DNA of 64,000 nt from an uncultured Bacillota bacterium (GTDB lineage Bacteria > Bacillota_I > Bacilli_A > RFN20 > CAG-826): positions 9,841 to 73,840 of the forward strand of contig CALEHV010000044.1 in NCBI GenBank assembly GCA_937876465.1, read 5' to 3'. Of the stretch, positions 62,042 to 64,000 are shown piece by piece. The position numbers and the translations under genes were made by a program. The notes under the pieces are model-generated. The model ran no database searches and was not told the DNA's origin. It worked only from the letters and a program-made list of their open reading frames with translations. Numbering within the stretch: position 1 is the stretch's first letter; each line of letters starts with the position of its first letter.

Positions 62042-63283
62042 GTGCAAAAACCTTTAGCTGATTTATTAAGACCAACTTCTTTAGATGAAATGTTTGGCCA
62101 AAAGCACCTTTTAAATAAAGGTAGTGTTTTCCGTAAAGTAATTGAAGCTAATCATGTTCCAAATATGATTTTTTATGGACCTCCAGGAGTTGGAAAGACA
62201 ACGATGGCTAACATCATTGCTAATTCAACAAATAAAGCCTTATATAAATTAAACGGAACAACCGCATCTACTGAAGATATAAAAGAAGTAATTGGAGAAA
62301 TTAATTCTGTATTCTCACAAAATGGAATCCTTCTATATCTAGACGAGATTCAATATTTAAACAAAAAGCAACAACAATCATTATTAGAGTTTGTTGAAAG
62401 CGGTGATATTACTTTAATTGCTTCAACTACTGAAAATCCTTATTTCTATATCTACCCAGCATTACTTTCTAGATGTACAGTTTTTGAGTTTAAACCTATA
62501 GAAATTGATGAGATTAAAAAAGGTTTATTAGCCGCTTCTAAAAAGCAAAATATTAAGGTTGAAGAAGACGCTTTAGAATTATTAGCTTTGTCTGCTAATG
62601 GAGATATGAGAAAAGCCTTTAATAATTTCGATTTTCTTTGCAAATCTCTAACAAAATCCGAAAAAATTACCAAAGAAATGGTCGATAATATCGTAATTAA
62701 AGCCAATATTTCATATGACCGTAGCAAGGACCATCATTTCGATAATTTATCTGCTTTTATGAAGTCTTTGAGAGGCTCTGATCCAGATGCAGCAATCTTC
62801 TATTTATGTAAGTTGTTGGAAGGCGGAGATCTTATAGCAGCTAGCCGTAGATTATTGTGTTCTGTAAATGAGGATGTTGGTTTAGCTTATCCTCAACTAA
62901 TTCCTATAGTTAAAGCATGCGTTGACAGTGCTCTTCAACTTGGAATGCCAGAAGCCAGATTGCCTTTATCTAACGCAACTTTATTAATTGCAAATGCACC
63001 TAAATCCAATTCTTCTTATAAAGCATATGCCGCCGCAGAATTTGATATTAAGATGGGCAAAGGAACAAGCGTTCCAAGACAATTGCAAAATACACACTAT
63101 GATGGTGAAGATGCTTCTATTAAAGGACAGAACTATAAGTATCCTCACGATTACAAAAATCATTATGTGAAACAGCAATATTTACCAGATGATTTAAAAG
63201 ATAGCGTTTATTATGTTCCACAAGATAATAAAAACGAGAATCTTACAAAGGAATTCTGGTCAAAAATTAAAAACAAAAAATAG
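62042..63283 (+). CDS. rarA: replication-associated recombination protein A (AAA+ ATPase)
   Basis: PLADLLRPTSLDEMFGQKHL, Walker A GPPGVGKTT, LYLDEIQ (Walker B) and a MgsA C-terminal region. GTG start. Confidence 0.9.
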   Translation: MQKPLADLLRPTSLDEMFGQKHLLNKGSVFRKVIEANHVPNMIFYGPPGVGKTTMANIIANSTNKALYKLNGTTASTEDIKEVIGEINSVFSQNGILLYLDEIQYLNKKQQQSLLEFVESGDITLIASTTENPYFYIYPALLSRCTVFEFKPIEIDEIKKGLLAASKKQNIKVEEDALELLALSANGDMRKAFNNFDFLCKSLTKSEKITKEMVDNIVIKANISYDRSKDHHFDNLSAFMKSLRGSDPDAAIFYLCKLLEGGDLIAASRRLLCSVNEDVGLAYPQLIPIVKACVDSALQLGMPEARLPLSNATLLIANAPKSNSSYKAYAAAEFDIKMGKGTSVPRQLQNTHYDGEDASIKGQNYKYPHDYKNHYVKQQYLPDDLKDSVYYVPQDNKNENLTKEFWSKIKNKK

Positions 63284-63376
63284 GACAAATTGTCCTCCTA
63301 AAGAAAAGTAAAGGGGACAAAATGTCCTTTTTTTATTTACAAATGAGGACAAAATGGGTATTCTATTAATAGAACT

Positions 63377-63856
63377 ATGGGATTAAGAGAATTTAGAAAA
63401 CTGAATTTTGTTACTCAAAAGGATGCTGCCTTAATTTTAGGGATACCTGTTAGGACGTTAAGACGATATGAAAATAATGAATCGTACGGAAACATTCATA
63501 AACGTTCTATGTTTCTTAAAATTTTGGAAGAAAATTGTTCTATAACAGAAACAAAGGGTTTATTAACAATAGAACAAATAAAACAAAAAATCAGCGAACT
63601 TTTTGATAACGAATACAAAAACCTGGTGGATTTTTGTTATTTGTTTGGAAGTTATGCAAAAGGGAACGCCAAAGAAAACAGTGATGTTGACTTATATATT
63701 TCTTCTTCTTTGACAGGATTTGATTTTGTGGGGTTAATTGAGAGAGTAAGACAAGTCTTACACAAAAATGTTGATATGTTGCGTACAAGCGAATTAATCA
63801 ACAACACAATTTTAATGAATGAAATAATGAAAGAAGGAATCAAAATTTATGGATGA
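63377..63856 (+). CDS. fusion of XRE-type HTH domain and MNT-type nucleotidyltransferase (MntA-like antitoxin)
   Basis: N-terminus FRKLNFVTQKDAALILGIPVRTLRRYEN (HTH). The C-terminal half carries the NTase signature FGSYAKGNAKENSDVDLYI (GSx10DxD). Confidence 0.75.
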   Translation: MGLREFRKLNFVTQKDAALILGIPVRTLRRYENNESYGNIHKRSMFLKILEENCSITETKGLLTIEQIKQKISELFDNEYKNLVDFCYLFGSYAKGNAKENSDVDLYISSSLTGFDFVGLIERVRQVLHKNVDMLRTSELINNTILMNEIMKEGIKIYG

Positions 63857-64000
63857 AAAGTCAGATGGTTTTTACATTAGAAAAGCGTTAACTGAGATAG
63901 AAATAATTATTAACTATACGAAAGATATAACATTTGAAGAATTTGTTAATGATGTTAAAACAATTGATGCATCAATGTTTAGATTGCAACAAATGTGCGA
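63849..64000 (+). CDS. HepT-like / DUF86 (HEPN) toxin, N-terminal 50 aa (3' end off-window)
   Basis: ATG at 63849 overlaps the upstream gene by 8 nt. MDEKSDGFYIRKALTEIEIIINYTKDITFEEFVNDVKTIDASMFRLQQM fits the DUF86 N-terminal pattern. The RX4HXY motif would lie off-window. Confidence 0.55.
   Translation, partial: MDEKSDGFYIRKALTEIEIIINYTKDITFEEFVNDVKTIDASMFRLQQMC

Noticed and set aside
1-64000. Possibility that this AT-rich, Mollicutes-like sequence uses genetic code 4 (TGA = Trp)
   Set aside because: A functional-looking prfB with the UGA-dependent frameshift site is present. Many genes end at TGA with good downstream starts (e.g. ATGA overlaps at 6394, 38374 and 45215), and I saw no in-frame TGA in the conserved genes.

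Overview
AT-rich (by eye about two-thirds A+T, not computed) chromosomal segment from a low-GC Firmicutes or Mollicutes-related (Erysipelotrichia/Acholeplasma-like) bacterium; I cannot place it more precisely. It uses the standard code: an RF2 gene carries the canonical CTT TGA C +1 frameshift, and TGA ends many ORFs. Positions 1-34.5 kb and 57.7-64 kb are mostly housekeeping. They hold metG (partial), an arginine-to-putrescine pathway with a fused arginine decarboxylase/agmatine deiminase, and a DUF1538 membrane protein with two P-II-like proteins. They also hold YfhO, the rsmI-yaaT-holB-tmk-recR-ybaB-dnaX block, prfA-prmC-tsaC-rpiB, comFA-comFC, secA-prfB-uvrB, secG, an M29 aminopeptidase and a Y-family polymerase with YolD. 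Further genes are a processive GT2 synthase, tRNA-Ala(CGC), fba, nagB, rarA and an HTH-MntA/HepT toxin-antitoxin pair. The centre (about 34.85-57.65 kb) is the interesting part: an accessory, same-strand locus of three transcription units. Two units sit behind near-identical class I c-di-GMP (GEMM-I) riboswitch aptamers. Five encoded proteins, two of them giants of 1448 and 1306 aa, begin with SipW-cognate-type signal peptides (..AWF/AWY), and the locus encodes one archaeal/ER-type signal peptidase I. It also encodes TasA/camelysin-like paralogues, an intact EAL phosphodiesterase, a degenerate GGDEF-EAL receptor-like protein and a divergent MTAN-fold protein. Unexpectedly, it encodes a membrane-tethered McrB-family AAA+ protein with a nuclease-less McrC/DUF2357-like partner that ends in a histone-H1-like lysine-rich tail. 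A related GCGYAT(N)ATRCGC palindrome lies upstream of all three promoters. I read this as a c-di-GMP-gated TasA-like fibre/adhesin system with an unrecognised AAA+ module. All homology calls come from motif recognition by eye; no searches were run. No rRNA, CRISPR array, transposase or integrase was seen.
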